Shown here: positions 1 to 10,163 of the stretch, piece after piece
Numbering within the stretch: the stretch's first letter is position 1
How the letters are laid out: each line of letters opens with the position of its first letter
Assembly: GCA_964472755.1 (NCBI GenBank)
Contig: CAYYMF010000004.1
Coordinates: forward strand, 3,120-67,119
DNA: 64,000 bases
Reading direction: 5' to 3'
Source of the DNA: an uncultured Chitinophagales bacterium
GTDB lineage: Bacteria > Bacteroidota > Bacteroidia > Chitinophagales > JADIYW01
Notes under the pieces: generated by a model
Databases searched by the model: none
What the model was told of the DNA's origin: nothing
What the model saw: only the letters and a program-made list of their open reading frames with translations
Translations under genes and position numbers: made by a program

Positions 1-271
1 AAAACAATTAAGTTATTTCCGAAATGAAGACAGACAGTTTTTAAAATATTTCTATCAAGGAGCTATCAATGTAGAATTAGATGGTAGTGATAGAATTTTA
101 GTTCCTAAACGTTTGCAAGATTTAGTAGGAATTAAGTCAGATATCGTGATTAATGCCTATCATGATGCTATTGAAATTTGGGGTAGTGAAGCATACTATG
201 CAGATTTAAAAGAGCCTGAAAATTTTGCAGATATGGCTGATGCGATTTGGAGTAAATTAAGTAACAAATAA
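1..271 (+). CDS. mraZ: MraZ transcriptional regulator, C-terminal part (truncated by window start)
   Basis: Frame from nt 2 reads KQLSYFRNEDRQFLKYFYQGAINVELDGSDRILVPKRLQ...IEIWG to TAA at 269-271; typical second SpoVT/AbrB repeat; directly upstream of rsmH. Confidence 0.9.
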   Translation, partial: KQLSYFRNEDRQFLKYFYQGAINVELDGSDRILVPKRLQDLVGIKSDIVINAYHDAIEIWGSEAYYADLKEPENFADMADAIWSKLSNK

Positions 272-280
272 TCGGAAAAT

Positions 281-1177
281 ATGAGTTATCACCAACCGGT
301 TATGTTGCAAGAGTGTTTAGATGGGTTGAATATACAGCCGAATGGTATCTATGTAGATGTAACATTTGGCGGTGGTGGACATTCAAAAGAGATTCTAAAA
401 AGATTGGGAGAAAATGGAAAGTTATTTGCCTTTGATTTAGATGATGATGCTCAATATAATAAAATAGACGATAATAGATTTGTGTTGATACAAGCTAATT
501 TTAGACATATAAAAAGGTTTTTACGACTGCATAATATTACGAAGGTAGATGGTATTTTAGCAGATTTTGGAGTTTCTTCTCATCAAATTGATGCTGCTGA
601 TAGAGGCTTTTCTATTCGTTATAATGCCGATTTGGATATGCGTATGCAACAAACACAAATGCTTACTGCAAAACAAGTGGTGAACACCTATTCTGCTGAT
701 CAATTGCAAAATATTTTAGGATTTTATGGTGAAGTACCTAACGCTAAAACATTAGCAAATGCTATAGTTCAAGAGCGAGAAGTAAAAGATATAGAAACAA
801 CGATGCAATTAGTGGATTTGTGTTTGAACTATTCAAGAGGAAAGGAGCATAAGTATATGGCTCAAGTATTTCAAGCCATACGAATTGAAGTGAATGATGA
901 ACTCAATGCAATTAAAGATTTTTTGGCTTCGGCATTAGAAATATTAAATGTTGGCGGCAGATTGGTTACCATGTCTTATCATTCATTGGAAGATAGGTTG
1001 GTAAAAAATTTTATTAAAACTGGCAATGTAGAAGGAGATGTACAAAAAGATTTCTATGGAAAGATAGCTAAATATTTTAACCAAATTAACAAAAAACCAA
1101 TTGTTGCAAATGAGGAAGAAATAAAAGAAAATTCAAGAGCTAGAAGTGCAAAATTGCGTATTGCTGAAAAGATATAA
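281..1177 (+). CDS. rsmH: 16S rRNA m4C1402 methyltransferase RsmH (MraW)
   Basis: YHQPVML, DVTFGGGGHS, GVSSHQID, SYHSLEDR, RARSAKLR motifs; dcw position. Confidence 0.97.
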   Translation: MSYHQPVMLQECLDGLNIQPNGIYVDVTFGGGGHSKEILKRLGENGKLFAFDLDDDAQYNKIDDNRFVLIQANFRHIKRFLRLHNITKVDGILADFGVSSHQIDAADRGFSIRYNADLDMRMQQTQMLTAKQVVNTYSADQLQNILGFYGEVPNAKTLANAIVQEREVKDIETTMQLVDLCLNYSRGKEHKYMAQVFQAIRIEVNDELNAIKDFLASALEILNVGGRLVTMSYHSLEDRLVKNFIKTGNVEGDVQKDFYGKIAKYFNQINKKPIVANEEEIKENSRARSAKLRIAEKI

Positions 1178-1560
1178 TGGAAGATGAAAAAGATATAGCA
1201 ACCAATTCAAACATTCAACCTGTTGAAAAATCTAAAGCTCAACGGATTGTAGAAGGAACACTAAAATTGTTAGGGTTAGATGAATTTGTAAGTTATATCC
1301 AAGTATTAAAGAATGCATTTGTAATAATAGTTATCGTAATCATTGCAATTGTTGAAATTTTTAATACGCATTTGGCAGAAAGAATGACAAGAAATATAAA
1401 CAAGAAAAAACAACATATAAAAGAATTGAGATGGGAGTACATGTCTGCAAATGCTGAAAAAAATGAAAAAACTAAACAATCAGAAATACAAAAAATTGTA
1501 TCACCTGAAAGTGTAAAGGCATTACAGGAACCACCAAAAAAAGTAGAACTAGATAATTAA
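1177..1560 (+). CDS. ftsL: FtsL-like cell division protein (Bacteroidota type)
   Basis: Single TM helix followed by coiled coil (IKELRWEYMS); between rsmH and the PBP gene. Confidence 0.75.
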   Translation: MEDEKDIATNSNIQPVEKSKAQRIVEGTLKLLGLDEFVSYIQVLKNAFVIIVIVIIAIVEIFNTHLAERMTRNINKKKQHIKELRWEYMSANAEKNEKTKQSEIQKIVSPESVKALQEPPKKVELDN

Positions 1561-1570
1561 AAACAACACA

Positions 1571-3673
1571 TTGAATATTAAAACTAACATATTATTAAGA
1601 ATTTATATAGTAGGCATTTTGTGTGCTGTGTTTGGTTTTGTCGTAATGGGAAGAGTTTATCAAATTCAAACAGAAAGAGACGGTTATTGGCGAAATATTG
1701 CGGATTCTTTAACAACAAAAATTTTTACAATTCCAGCAGATAGAGGAAATATTTATTCTGCAGAAAATGAATTGTTAGCAACAACTGTACCTTATTTTAA
1801 TTTATTTATAGATTTTGGTTCAACAGCAATGAGTGATGAAATTTTCAAAGCAAATATTGATTCTTTAGCCTATTATATGTCTGTAACTAAGAAAGATAAA
1901 CCTATACAGCAATATAAAAAGGAATTAACTACGGCAAGAAAACTAAAAAGAAGATACTATCCAATTTTTAAAAATATTGAATTTGTACAATTAAATAAAA
2001 TAAAGCAGTGGCCACTTTTTAGAGAAGGAAAATATTCAGGTGGTTTAATTGTAGAGACATTACAAAAAAGACATAACCCTTTTGGATATATTGCTGGAAG
2101 AACGATTGGATATATTAAAAATGATGGACCAAGTGTTGGTTTAGAAGGAACTTATAATTCTTATTTGGCGGGTGTTAGTGGAATAATGCCTAAGCAGCGA
2201 ATTGCTGGTGGCACTTGGATGCCTATTCATAAAGCTGGAAGCATAGAACCTCAAAAAGGAAAAGATATACATACCACTATTGATATTTCAGTTCAAGATA
2301 TTGCAGAGACAACATTAATGGATGCAGTTATTAACTACAACGCTGATTTTGGTTGTGCAGTAGTCATGGAAGTAAAAACGGGTGCAATTAAAGCAATTGC
2401 TAATCTTGGTAAAAATAAAAATGGAACTTACAGTGAAACTTATAATTATGCAGTGGGAATGGGCAATGAACCAGGCTCGGTTTTTAAATTAGCAGGATAT
2501 TTAGCATTATTTGATGATGGTTATATCACTTTAAATGATTCTATTAATACAAACCACGCATCAGCTACTTTTGGAAAATTCCGTTTGACAGATGATGGAC
2601 ATAATACGCAATATCAATTTCTGAATCCAAACAAAGCTATGGCTATTTCCTCAAATGTGGCTATAGCTAAATGGGTAACACAATTTTATGAAGGAAATAA
2701 GAAAAAATATTATGCTAAGTTGGCACAATTTGGTCTAACTGCTAAAACTAAAATTGAATTATCAGGCGAGCCTGCACCTTACATAAATACACCAGATAAG
2801 TGGTCTGGAATGTCACTGCCTTGGATGGCACATGGTTATGAAGTAAAACTTACACCTTTACAAATTTTAGCTTTCTATAATGCCGTTGCTAATGGTGGAA
2901 TTAGAACACAACCACATTTAGTGAATTATATTTCTGAAGGTACCAATATTATTAAGACTTTTGATTATACAGATGGACAAAGAATTTGTTCTAAAGAAGC
3001 TGCTTTAAATGCAACAGAAATTCTAAAATCAGTTGTAAATGATAAAAGTGGGACAGGAAGAAATATTAGCACACCTTATTATCAAATAGCTGGAAAAACA
3101 GGAACTGCAAAAATCAGTTTTGGGAAAGAAGGCTATTCTAATAAAAATCTATCCACTTTTGTAGGCTTTTTTCCTGCCGATAATCCATTGTATTCTTGTA
3201 TTGTTGTGATGGGAAATCCTCAAGGTTTGGTAACAACTGGCGGTTATGTTGCAGCACCAGTTTTTAGAACGATTGCAGATAAAATTATTTCTTCTAATGT
3301 GAAAAATAATTTGGCAATAAATAAAGATACATCGTTAAAAAGCATTAATCCTCCAACATTTATTGCCAATACTCAACAAATAAAATCAATAGCAAAATTA
3401 TATGATGTAAAGGTAGATGCCAACCATTTAGATGCAGAATATGCTTATGTAGATATTGATCCAGTTGATAAAAAAGTTAAAGTTAGAACGATTAAAAATG
3501 ACCCGACTATCATACCAAATGTGAGAGGTATGTTGTTAGATGATGCTATCTATTTATTAGAAAATATGGGCTTTAAGGTCGGCTTTACAGGCAAAGGAAA
3601 AGTTCAGTCGCAATCTATAGAGTCTGGACAAATTTTTATGAAAGGAACTTATATCCATTTAACACTAAACTAA
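1571..3673 (+). CDS. ftsI: Class B penicillin-binding protein with C-terminal PASTA domain (FtsI/PBP3)
   Basis: N-terminal TM, RGNIY dimerisation motif, SxxK (SVFK), SSN, KTG motifs, PASTA (IPNVRGM); TTG start. Confidence 0.92.
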   Translation: MNIKTNILLRIYIVGILCAVFGFVVMGRVYQIQTERDGYWRNIADSLTTKIFTIPADRGNIYSAENELLATTVPYFNLFIDFGSTAMSDEIFKANIDSLAYYMSVTKKDKPIQQYKKELTTARKLKRRYYPIFKNIEFVQLNKIKQWPLFREGKYSGGLIVETLQKRHNPFGYIAGRTIGYIKNDGPSVGLEGTYNSYLAGVSGIMPKQRIAGGTWMPIHKAGSIEPQKGKDIHTTIDISVQDIAETTLMDAVINYNADFGCAVVMEVKTGAIKAIANLGKNKNGTYSETYNYAVGMGNEPGSVFKLAGYLALFDDGYITLNDSINTNHASATFGKFRLTDDGHNTQYQFLNPNKAMAISSNVAIAKWVTQFYEGNKKKYYAKLAQFGLTAKTKIELSGEPAPYINTPDKWSGMSLPWMAHGYEVKLTPLQILAFYNAVANGGIRTQPHLVNYISEGTNIIKTFDYTDGQRICSKEAALNATEILKSVVNDKSGTGRNISTPYYQIAGKTGTAKISFGKEGYSNKNLSTFVGFFPADNPLYSCIVVMGNPQGLVTTGGYVAAPVFRTIADKIISSNVKNNLAINKDTSLKSINPPTFIANTQQIKSIAKLYDVKVDANHLDAEYAYVDIDPVDKKVKVRTIKNDPTIIPNVRGMLLDDAIYLLENMGFKVGFTGKGKVQSQSIESGQIFMKGTYIHLTLN

Positions 3674-3678
3674 AAGAA

Positions 3679-5136
3679 TTGAATAAATTAAATGAAATAT
3701 TATTTGGATTGAACTACAATATTGTAGGGAATGATACTATTGAAATTAATGAATTAAAAATTGATTCTAAAAGTATTCAACCAAATGATGTTTTTATTGC
3801 GATTAAAGGAACAAGTGTTGATGGTCATACTTTTATAGATACGGTTATTCAAAAAGGTGCAAAAGTTATTGTTTGTGAACAATTACCAAATAATATCAAC
3901 GATTCCATAACTTATATTCAAGTAGAGGATACAAGAAAAATAGCTGCTTTATTAGCATGTAATTTTTATCATCATCCATCTAAAAAGACAAAACTTGTAG
4001 GTGTAACTGGCACCAATGGCAAGACTACAATTGCTACTTTATTATATCAATTATATAGAAAAGCTGGTTTTAACGTTGGTTTGATTTCTACTATAGAAAA
4101 TAAAATCAATGAAGAAATTATTTCTGCAACACATACGACACCAAACCCAATCGCTTTGAATCAATTGTTGGATATGATGGTACAACAAAATTGTGATTAC
4201 GTCTTCATGGAAGTAAGTTCACATGCAGCTCATCAAGATAGAATTGCAGGTTTAAATTTTGCAGGAGCAATTTTTTCAAATATTTCTCACGACCATTTAG
4301 ATTATCATAAAACATTTGACGAATATATTAAGGCAAAGAAAATATTCTTTGATCAATTGCCATCATCAGCTTTTGCTCTAGTGAATATTGATGATAAACG
4401 TGGTGAGGTAATGTTGCAAAATACATTAGCCAAAAGATATACTTATGCTTTAAAATCTTTAGCTGATTTTAATTTTAAAATCTTAGAAAATAATTTATCA
4501 GGTTTAGTTTTGAAATATAAACATCAAGATATTTATACGCATCAAGTTGGCAATTTTAATGCATATAACTTGTTAGCCATTTTAGCCACAGCTATTTTAT
4601 TAGGAATGGACGAACAAAAAGCACTTGGTCGTATTTCTGAATTGCAAAGTGCTGAAGGCAGATTTGATATTGTAAAATCAAATCGAAATAATATTGTCGG
4701 AATTGTAGATTATGCACACACGCCTGATGCTTTGAAAAATGTTATAGACACAATAAATACGGTAAGAACTGGCAACGAATCTTTGATTACAATAATTGGT
4801 TGTGGAGGAAATAGAGATAAAGCGAAACGTCCAGAAATGGCTTTGATTGCTGCAACGCTTAGTACCAAAGTTATTCTGACATCTGACAATCCTAGAGATG
4901 AAGAACCTGAGCAAATTATTGCTGAAATGCAAGCGGGTATTCCTCCTCACTTAACTAAAAAAGTAGTTACTATTTTGGATAGAAAAGAAGCCATTAAAAC
5001 TGGTGTTTTATTGGCTCAAGCGAATGATGTCATCTTATTAGCTGGTAAAGGACATGAGAAATATCAAGAGGTAAAAGGTATAAAACATCCATTTGACGAT
5101 AAGCAAATATTAAGTGGAATTTTAAATAATATATAA
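3679..5136 (+). CDS. murE: UDP-MurNAc-tripeptide synthetase MurE
   Basis: GVTGTNGKTT, MEVSSH, DHLDYH, DYAHTPDA, DNPR motifs; TTG start. Confidence 0.97.
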   Translation: MNKLNEILFGLNYNIVGNDTIEINELKIDSKSIQPNDVFIAIKGTSVDGHTFIDTVIQKGAKVIVCEQLPNNINDSITYIQVEDTRKIAALLACNFYHHPSKKTKLVGVTGTNGKTTIATLLYQLYRKAGFNVGLISTIENKINEEIISATHTTPNPIALNQLLDMMVQQNCDYVFMEVSSHAAHQDRIAGLNFAGAIFSNISHDHLDYHKTFDEYIKAKKIFFDQLPSSAFALVNIDDKRGEVMLQNTLAKRYTYALKSLADFNFKILENNLSGLVLKYKHQDIYTHQVGNFNAYNLLAILATAILLGMDEQKALGRISELQSAEGRFDIVKSNRNNIVGIVDYAHTPDALKNVIDTINTVRTGNESLITIIGCGGNRDKAKRPEMALIAATLSTKVILTSDNPRDEEPEQIIAEMQAGIPPHLTKKVVTILDRKEAIKTGVLLAQANDVILLAGKGHEKYQEVKGIKHPFDDKQILSGILNNI

Positions 5137-5146
5137 AAAATAGAAG

Positions 5147-6445
5147 ATGCTATACTATTTATTCAAATACCTAAAAGAACATTACGATTTCGTCGGTGCA
5201 GGTTTGTTCCAATATATTTCGTTTCGAGCATCTATGGCAATTTTATTGTCTTTGATTATTACCATGATAATTGGTAGAGGAATAATAAAATGGTTGCGTA
5301 AACAACAAATTGGAGAAAGTGTACGTGATTTGGGATTAGAGGGACAAACGCAAAAGAAAGGTACACCAACAATGGGTGGAATTATCATTATTGCGGCTAT
5401 TTTAATACCAACTTTATTATTTGCTAAACTAGACAATATTTATGTGTTGTTATTGATATTAACAACAGTTTGGATGGGCGGTGTAGGTTTTTTAGATGAT
5501 TACATAAAAGTATTTAGAAAAGATAAAGAAGGCTTAAAGGGAAGGTTTAAAATTATTGCTCAAGTTTTATTAGGCTTGATTATAGGTGCGGTTTTGTATT
5601 TCCATCCATCTGTAAAAGTTAGAGATTTTAATAATGTTTTCGTGTATAAATATGAAAATGGAAAAGTAAATTGGAGAGAGCCAATTGAGACTAAACCAAC
5701 TTCAAAAATTATATATGAAAGCCAAGGTGTTCAAGATGGTGAATACTTATATTCTCACGAGACAAAAACAAGTAAAACCAATGTTCCATTTTTTAAAGAT
5801 AATTTATTGGATTATGGTTATGTCTTAAAACCATTCGTAAAAGATTACCACAAATGGGCTTGGATTATTTTTATTCCTGTGGTTATTTTTGTACTTACAG
5901 CTGTATCTAATGCTGCTAATTTGACTGATGGAATTGATGGTTTAGCATCGGGAGTTTCAGCAATTGTACTAATCACCTTAGCAATCTTTGCTTATGTATC
6001 AGGGAATATTAAGATAGCAGATTATCTGAATGTATTGTACATTCCAAATTCTGGAGAAGTCGTGGTAGTTTGTGCAGCTTTAATTGGTGCATGTATTGGA
6101 TTTTTATGGTATAACGCCTTTCCTGCAACAGTTTTTATGGGAGATACTGGTTCATTGATGCTAGGTGGTGTTATTGCCACGATAGCCATAATATTAAAAA
6201 AAGAATTATTGATTCCTGTTTTATGTGGAATATTTTTAGTGGAAAATTTGTCGGTAATGATTCAAGTTTCTTATTTCAAATATACGAAGAAGAAATATGG
6301 AGAAGGTAGAAGAATATTCAGAATGGCACCTTTGCATCACCATTATCAAAAAATGGGTTACCACGAAACCAAAATAGTAACAAGATTTTGGATAGTAAGC
6401 ATTTTACTCTCCGTACTTACATTTTTAACATTAAAAGTAATATAA
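5147..6445 (+). CDS. mraY: Phospho-MurNAc-pentapeptide transferase MraY
   Basis: [39 protein letters not shown] motifs. Confidence 0.97.
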   Translation: MLYYLFKYLKEHYDFVGAGLFQYISFRASMAILLSLIITMIIGRGIIKWLRKQQIGESVRDLGLEGQTQKKGTPTMGGIIIIAAILIPTLLFAKLDNIYVLLLILTTVWMGGVGFLDDYIKVFRKDKEGLKGRFKIIAQVLLGLIIGAVLYFHPSVKVRDFNNVFVYKYENGKVNWREPIETKPTSKIIYESQGVQDGEYLYSHETKTSKTNVPFFKDNLLDYGYVLKPFVKDYHKWAWIIFIPVVIFVLTAVSNAANLTDGIDGLASGVSAIVLITLAIFAYVSGNIKIADYLNVLYIPNSGEVVVVCAALIGACIGFLWYNAFPATVFMGDTGSLMLGGVIATIAIILKKELLIPVLCGIFLVENLSVMIQVSYFKYTKKKYGEGRRIFRMAPLHHHYQKMGYHETKIVTRFWIVSILLSVLTFLTLKVI

Positions 6446-6451
6446 ACGATA

Positions 6452-7795
6452 GTGAACGACAATAGAAATATAGTAATATTAGGTAGTGGCGAAAGTGGCG
6501 TTGGAGCGGCTATTCTTGCACAAAAGCAAGGATATGGTGTATTTGTTTCTGATTTTGGAACTATTAAAGAGGTGTATAAATCAGAATTAACTAAGCGTAA
6601 TGTTGAGTTTGAAGAAGGCAAACATACGGAAGAAAAAATATTAGCAGCTGATATTATTATAAAAAGTCCTGGCATTCCAGACAAAGCTCCTATTGTCAAA
6701 AAGATAAAGGAAAAACAGTTAGAAATTATTTCTGAAATTGAATTCGCTTATAGATTTACAAAAGCTATGATTATTGCAATTACAGGTTCTAATGGGAAGA
6801 CAACGACAACATCATTGGTCTATCATATTCTGAAGAATGCTGGTTTAAACGTTGGTCTTGGCGGAAATATTGGAGATAGCTTTGCTAAGCAAGTGGCAGA
6901 AGATGATAAAGCATATTTTGTATTAGAAATTTCTTCGTTTCAATTAGATAATTGTACAACTTTCAAGCCTCATATTGCAATCCTAACTAATATAACTGAA
7001 GACCATTTGGATAGATATGATTATAAGTTTGAAAATTATATCCACTCTAAGTTTTCTATTGCTAAAAATCAAACAGAAGATGATTTTTTCATCTATTGTA
7101 TCGATGATGAAGTAAGCAAAAAATACATCAAGCAATTCGCTATTAAAGCAAAACAAATTCCATTTTCTTATTATCAAAAACTAGAAGAAGGTGGATATGT
7201 AGAAGATAAAAATCTCATTATTAATATAAACAAAAACAAATTTATCATGCCAACAAACGAACTTGCATTACAAGGAATCCACAACACGTACAATAGTTTG
7301 GCTGCCGGAATCGGAGCAAAACTTTTTAACGTAAGAAATGAGAAAATTAGAGATAGTTTTCAGGATTTTAAATCTTTAGAACATCGTTTAGAATTTGTTG
7401 CAACTGTCAAGGGTATTGACTTTATCAATGATTCAAAAGCTACGAATGTAAATTCTACTTGGTATGCTTTAGAATCTATGATTAAACCAACAGTATTGAT
7501 TTTGGGTGGCGTGGATAAAGGAAATGATTATACACTTATCAAAGATTTAGTGAAAGAGAAAGTTAAAGCTATAATTTGCTTAGGTAAGGATAATGAGGCT
7601 TTACATAAAGCATTCGCTGATGAAGTTGGTTATATCGTAGATACACAAAGTATGGAACAGGCTGTAAATATGGCTTATAATATTGCAGAAAAAGACGAAG
7701 TTATATTGTTATCGCCTTGCTGTGCTAGCTTTGATTTGTTTGAAAATTACGAAGATAGAGGCAGACAATTTAAAAGAAATGTTTTGAATCTATAA
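6452..7795 (+). CDS. murD: UDP-MurNAc-L-Ala:D-Glu ligase MurD
   Basis: GSGESG, ITGSNGKTTT, EISSFQL, NDSKATN, LSPCCASFD motifs; GTG start. Confidence 0.97.
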   Translation: MNDNRNIVILGSGESGVGAAILAQKQGYGVFVSDFGTIKEVYKSELTKRNVEFEEGKHTEEKILAADIIIKSPGIPDKAPIVKKIKEKQLEIISEIEFAYRFTKAMIIAITGSNGKTTTTSLVYHILKNAGLNVGLGGNIGDSFAKQVAEDDKAYFVLEISSFQLDNCTTFKPHIAILTNITEDHLDRYDYKFENYIHSKFSIAKNQTEDDFFIYCIDDEVSKKYIKQFAIKAKQIPFSYYQKLEEGGYVEDKNLIININKNKFIMPTNELALQGIHNTYNSLAAGIGAKLFNVRNEKIRDSFQDFKSLEHRLEFVATVKGIDFINDSKATNVNSTWYALESMIKPTVLILGGVDKGNDYTLIKDLVKEKVKAIICLGKDNEALHKAFADEVGYIVDTQSMEQAVNMAYNIAEKDEVILLSPCCASFDLFENYEDRGRQFKRNVLNL

Positions 7796-7818
7796 TACTA
7801 GAAATTGAAAAACTAGAG

Positions 7819-9033
7819 ATGTTTAAGAATTTAATCAATAATATAAAAGGAGATAAGTATATTTGGTACATTGCGGCCATATTAGCAGTCTTTTCTATGT
7901 TATTGGTGTATAGTTCTGCTCGAACTTTGGCATATAAATCATTGCATGGAAGTACAGAATTATTATTAGTAAAACATCTCATAAATTTAGGAATTGGTTT
8001 TGCAGTTATTTATTTTGTACATAGAGTAGATCACCGTTATTTCTCTAGAGTAGCACAATTAATGTTGATTCTCTCCATATTCTTATTGGCATATACGCTG
8101 GTTTTTGGTATTAGCACAAATGATGCAACTAGATGGGTTAAAATTCCAGTAATTGGTTTGAGATTCCAATCATCAGATATTGCACGTTTAGCATTGATAA
8201 TGTACACTTCAAGTACAATATCAAAAATGCAAGGTGTAATAAAAGATTTTAAAGAAGTAAGTATTTATTTGATGGGACCAATTGTATTGATTTGTGCTTT
8301 AATTATGTTAGAAAATCTATCTACAGCTACTATCTTATTTATGACTTGTATTGTTATCTTATTTATTGGCAGAGTAAGTACTAAATACATCTTGTTTATA
8401 TTTGGAGGAGGTGTGCTTGTCGGTGGTTTATTATTTGCACTTTCTTTCTTTAAAGTAGTAGATTTTGGTAGAGCTGATACTTGGGTGGGTCGTGTTGATT
8501 CGTGGTTGCATCCAGATTATAGTAGTGATGACCTCTTTCAGCAAAAACAAGCTAATATTGCTATGGCAAAAGGTGGCTTTTTTAGAATTGCTCCTGGAAA
8601 AAGCACACAATGTAATTTCTTGCCAGAAGCCTACTCAGATTATATTTTTTCAACTTTAGTTGAAGAATATGGTTTCGTAGGAGCAATTTTTATTTTGTGT
8701 TTGTATTTGTTTTTTCTTTATCGAATTGTTGTTTTATATAACAAAAGTACAAAAGCATTTGGTGCTTTAATGGCAGTGGGATTAGGTATGAGTATTACGA
8801 TGCAGGCTGTGATGCACATGGCTGTAAATACACACTTATTGCCAAATACAGGTATAACTTTGCCTTTAATAAGTTGGGGAGGCACAAGTATAGTTGCGAA
8901 CTCAATAGCTTTAGGCATTATTTTGAGTGTAAGTGCTTATGTTGAAAAAGCACCAGCAACTAATTCGGAAGTTGGTTTAGTAAAAAAGCGTAGTCCTAAG
9001 AAAAAAGATATTGTTAATGATATTCATGGATAA
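7819..9033 (+). CDS. ftsW: SEDS family peptidoglycan polymerase FtsW
   Basis: Multi-TM; ATRW, FQSSD, LPEAYSDYIF, LPNTGITLPLISWGGTS motifs. Confidence 0.93.
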   Translation: MFKNLINNIKGDKYIWYIAAILAVFSMLLVYSSARTLAYKSLHGSTELLLVKHLINLGIGFAVIYFVHRVDHRYFSRVAQLMLILSIFLLAYTLVFGISTNDATRWVKIPVIGLRFQSSDIARLALIMYTSSTISKMQGVIKDFKEVSIYLMGPIVLICALIMLENLSTATILFMTCIVILFIGRVSTKYILFIFGGGVLVGGLLFALSFFKVVDFGRADTWVGRVDSWLHPDYSSDDLFQQKQANIAMAKGGFFRIAPGKSTQCNFLPEAYSDYIFSTLVEEYGFVGAIFILCLYLFFLYRIVVLYNKSTKAFGALMAVGLGMSITMQAVMHMAVNTHLLPNTGITLPLISWGGTSIVANSIALGIILSVSAYVEKAPATNSEVGLVKKRSPKKKDIVNDIHG

Positions 9034-9046
9034 TAAATAAAACGAA

Positions 9047-10147
9047 TTGGGAGAAAGTAAAAAATATATTATTGCAGGAGGAGGAACTGGAGGACATATC
9101 TTCCCAGCTATTGCAATTGCTGATGCGATAAGGCAAAATAATGCAGATGCTGAAGTGTTATTTGTTGGTGCAAGTGGAAGAATGGAAATGGAAAAAGTGC
9201 CACAAGCAGGTTATAAAATTATTGGATTAGAGGTAGTAGGTATCCAACGAAGATTGACAATAGAGAATTTATTAGTGCCAATAAAATTATTAAAAAGTTT
9301 ATTGCATGCACGAAATATTATTAAAGAATATAGACCTGATGCATGTATTGGCGTTGGTGGTTATGCGTCAGCACCTGTTTTGTTTATGGCAGCTTTGATG
9401 GGCATTCAAACATTTATTCAAGAACAAAATTCTTATCCAGGCATTACTAATAAAATTTTATCCAAGTTTGCTAAAAAAATATTTGTCGCTTATGATAATT
9501 TGAATTTATTCTTTAATCCTAATAAAATAAAATTAACTGGAAACCCAGTAAGGAAAGATATTTCAGGGACTTTGCCATTGAAGAAAGATGCTTTAGATTT
9601 TTTCCAACTAGATGAATTAAAAAAAACGATTTTAGTAATTGGTGGAAGTCTTGGAGCTAGAACAGTGAATGAAGCAATTGAAGCTAATTTAGAACTATTT
9701 GTAAAACAAGATTACCAAGTCTTGTGGCAGACTGGAAAAGCTTATTATGCTGGCATTATTGAACGGACTGATAAATTGGCAATTAAACAAATTAAGATTC
9801 ATCAATTCATCAAAGAAATGAATTTGGCGTATGCTGCTGCAGATGTTATTGTTTCTAGAGCTGGTGCTTTGTCCATTTCTGAACTTTGTATTATCGGAAA
9901 GCCCTGTGTTCTGATTCCTTCACCAAATGTTTCTGAAGATCATCAAACAAAAAATGCAATGGCATTAGTCAATAAAAATGCTGCTTTAATGATAAAAGAT
10001 AATGAAGCGGTAAAAAAATTAGGGAATGTACTTGTTGATTTATTGAATAATGACCAACAACAGAAAATACTTGCAGAGCATATAAAAATGTTAGCAAAAT
10101 CAGATGCTGCGAATGAGATTGTTCAAGAAATTGTTAGTAGTAAATAA
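9047..10147 (+). CDS. murG: MurG GlcNAc transferase
   Basis: GGGTGGHIFP, EQN, GNPVR, GGSLGA, SRAGA, DHQTKNA; TTG start. Confidence 0.97.
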   Translation: MGESKKYIIAGGGTGGHIFPAIAIADAIRQNNADAEVLFVGASGRMEMEKVPQAGYKIIGLEVVGIQRRLTIENLLVPIKLLKSLLHARNIIKEYRPDACIGVGGYASAPVLFMAALMGIQTFIQEQNSYPGITNKILSKFAKKIFVAYDNLNLFFNPNKIKLTGNPVRKDISGTLPLKKDALDFFQLDELKKTILVIGGSLGARTVNEAIEANLELFVKQDYQVLWQTGKAYYAGIIERTDKLAIKQIKIHQFIKEMNLAYAAADVIVSRAGALSISELCIIGKPCVLIPSPNVSEDHQTKNAMALVNKNAALMIKDNEAVKKLGNVLVDLLNNDQQQKILAEHIKMLAKSDAANEIVQEIVSSK

Positions 10148-10163
10148 AAAATGAATTAATAAA

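Noticed and set aside
5590-5800. Large soluble loop insertion in MraY; long C-terminal tails of FtsA and FtsZ; absence of murF/ddl from the dcw cluster
   Set aside because: To my knowledge these are ordinary Bacteroidota traits, not specific novelty
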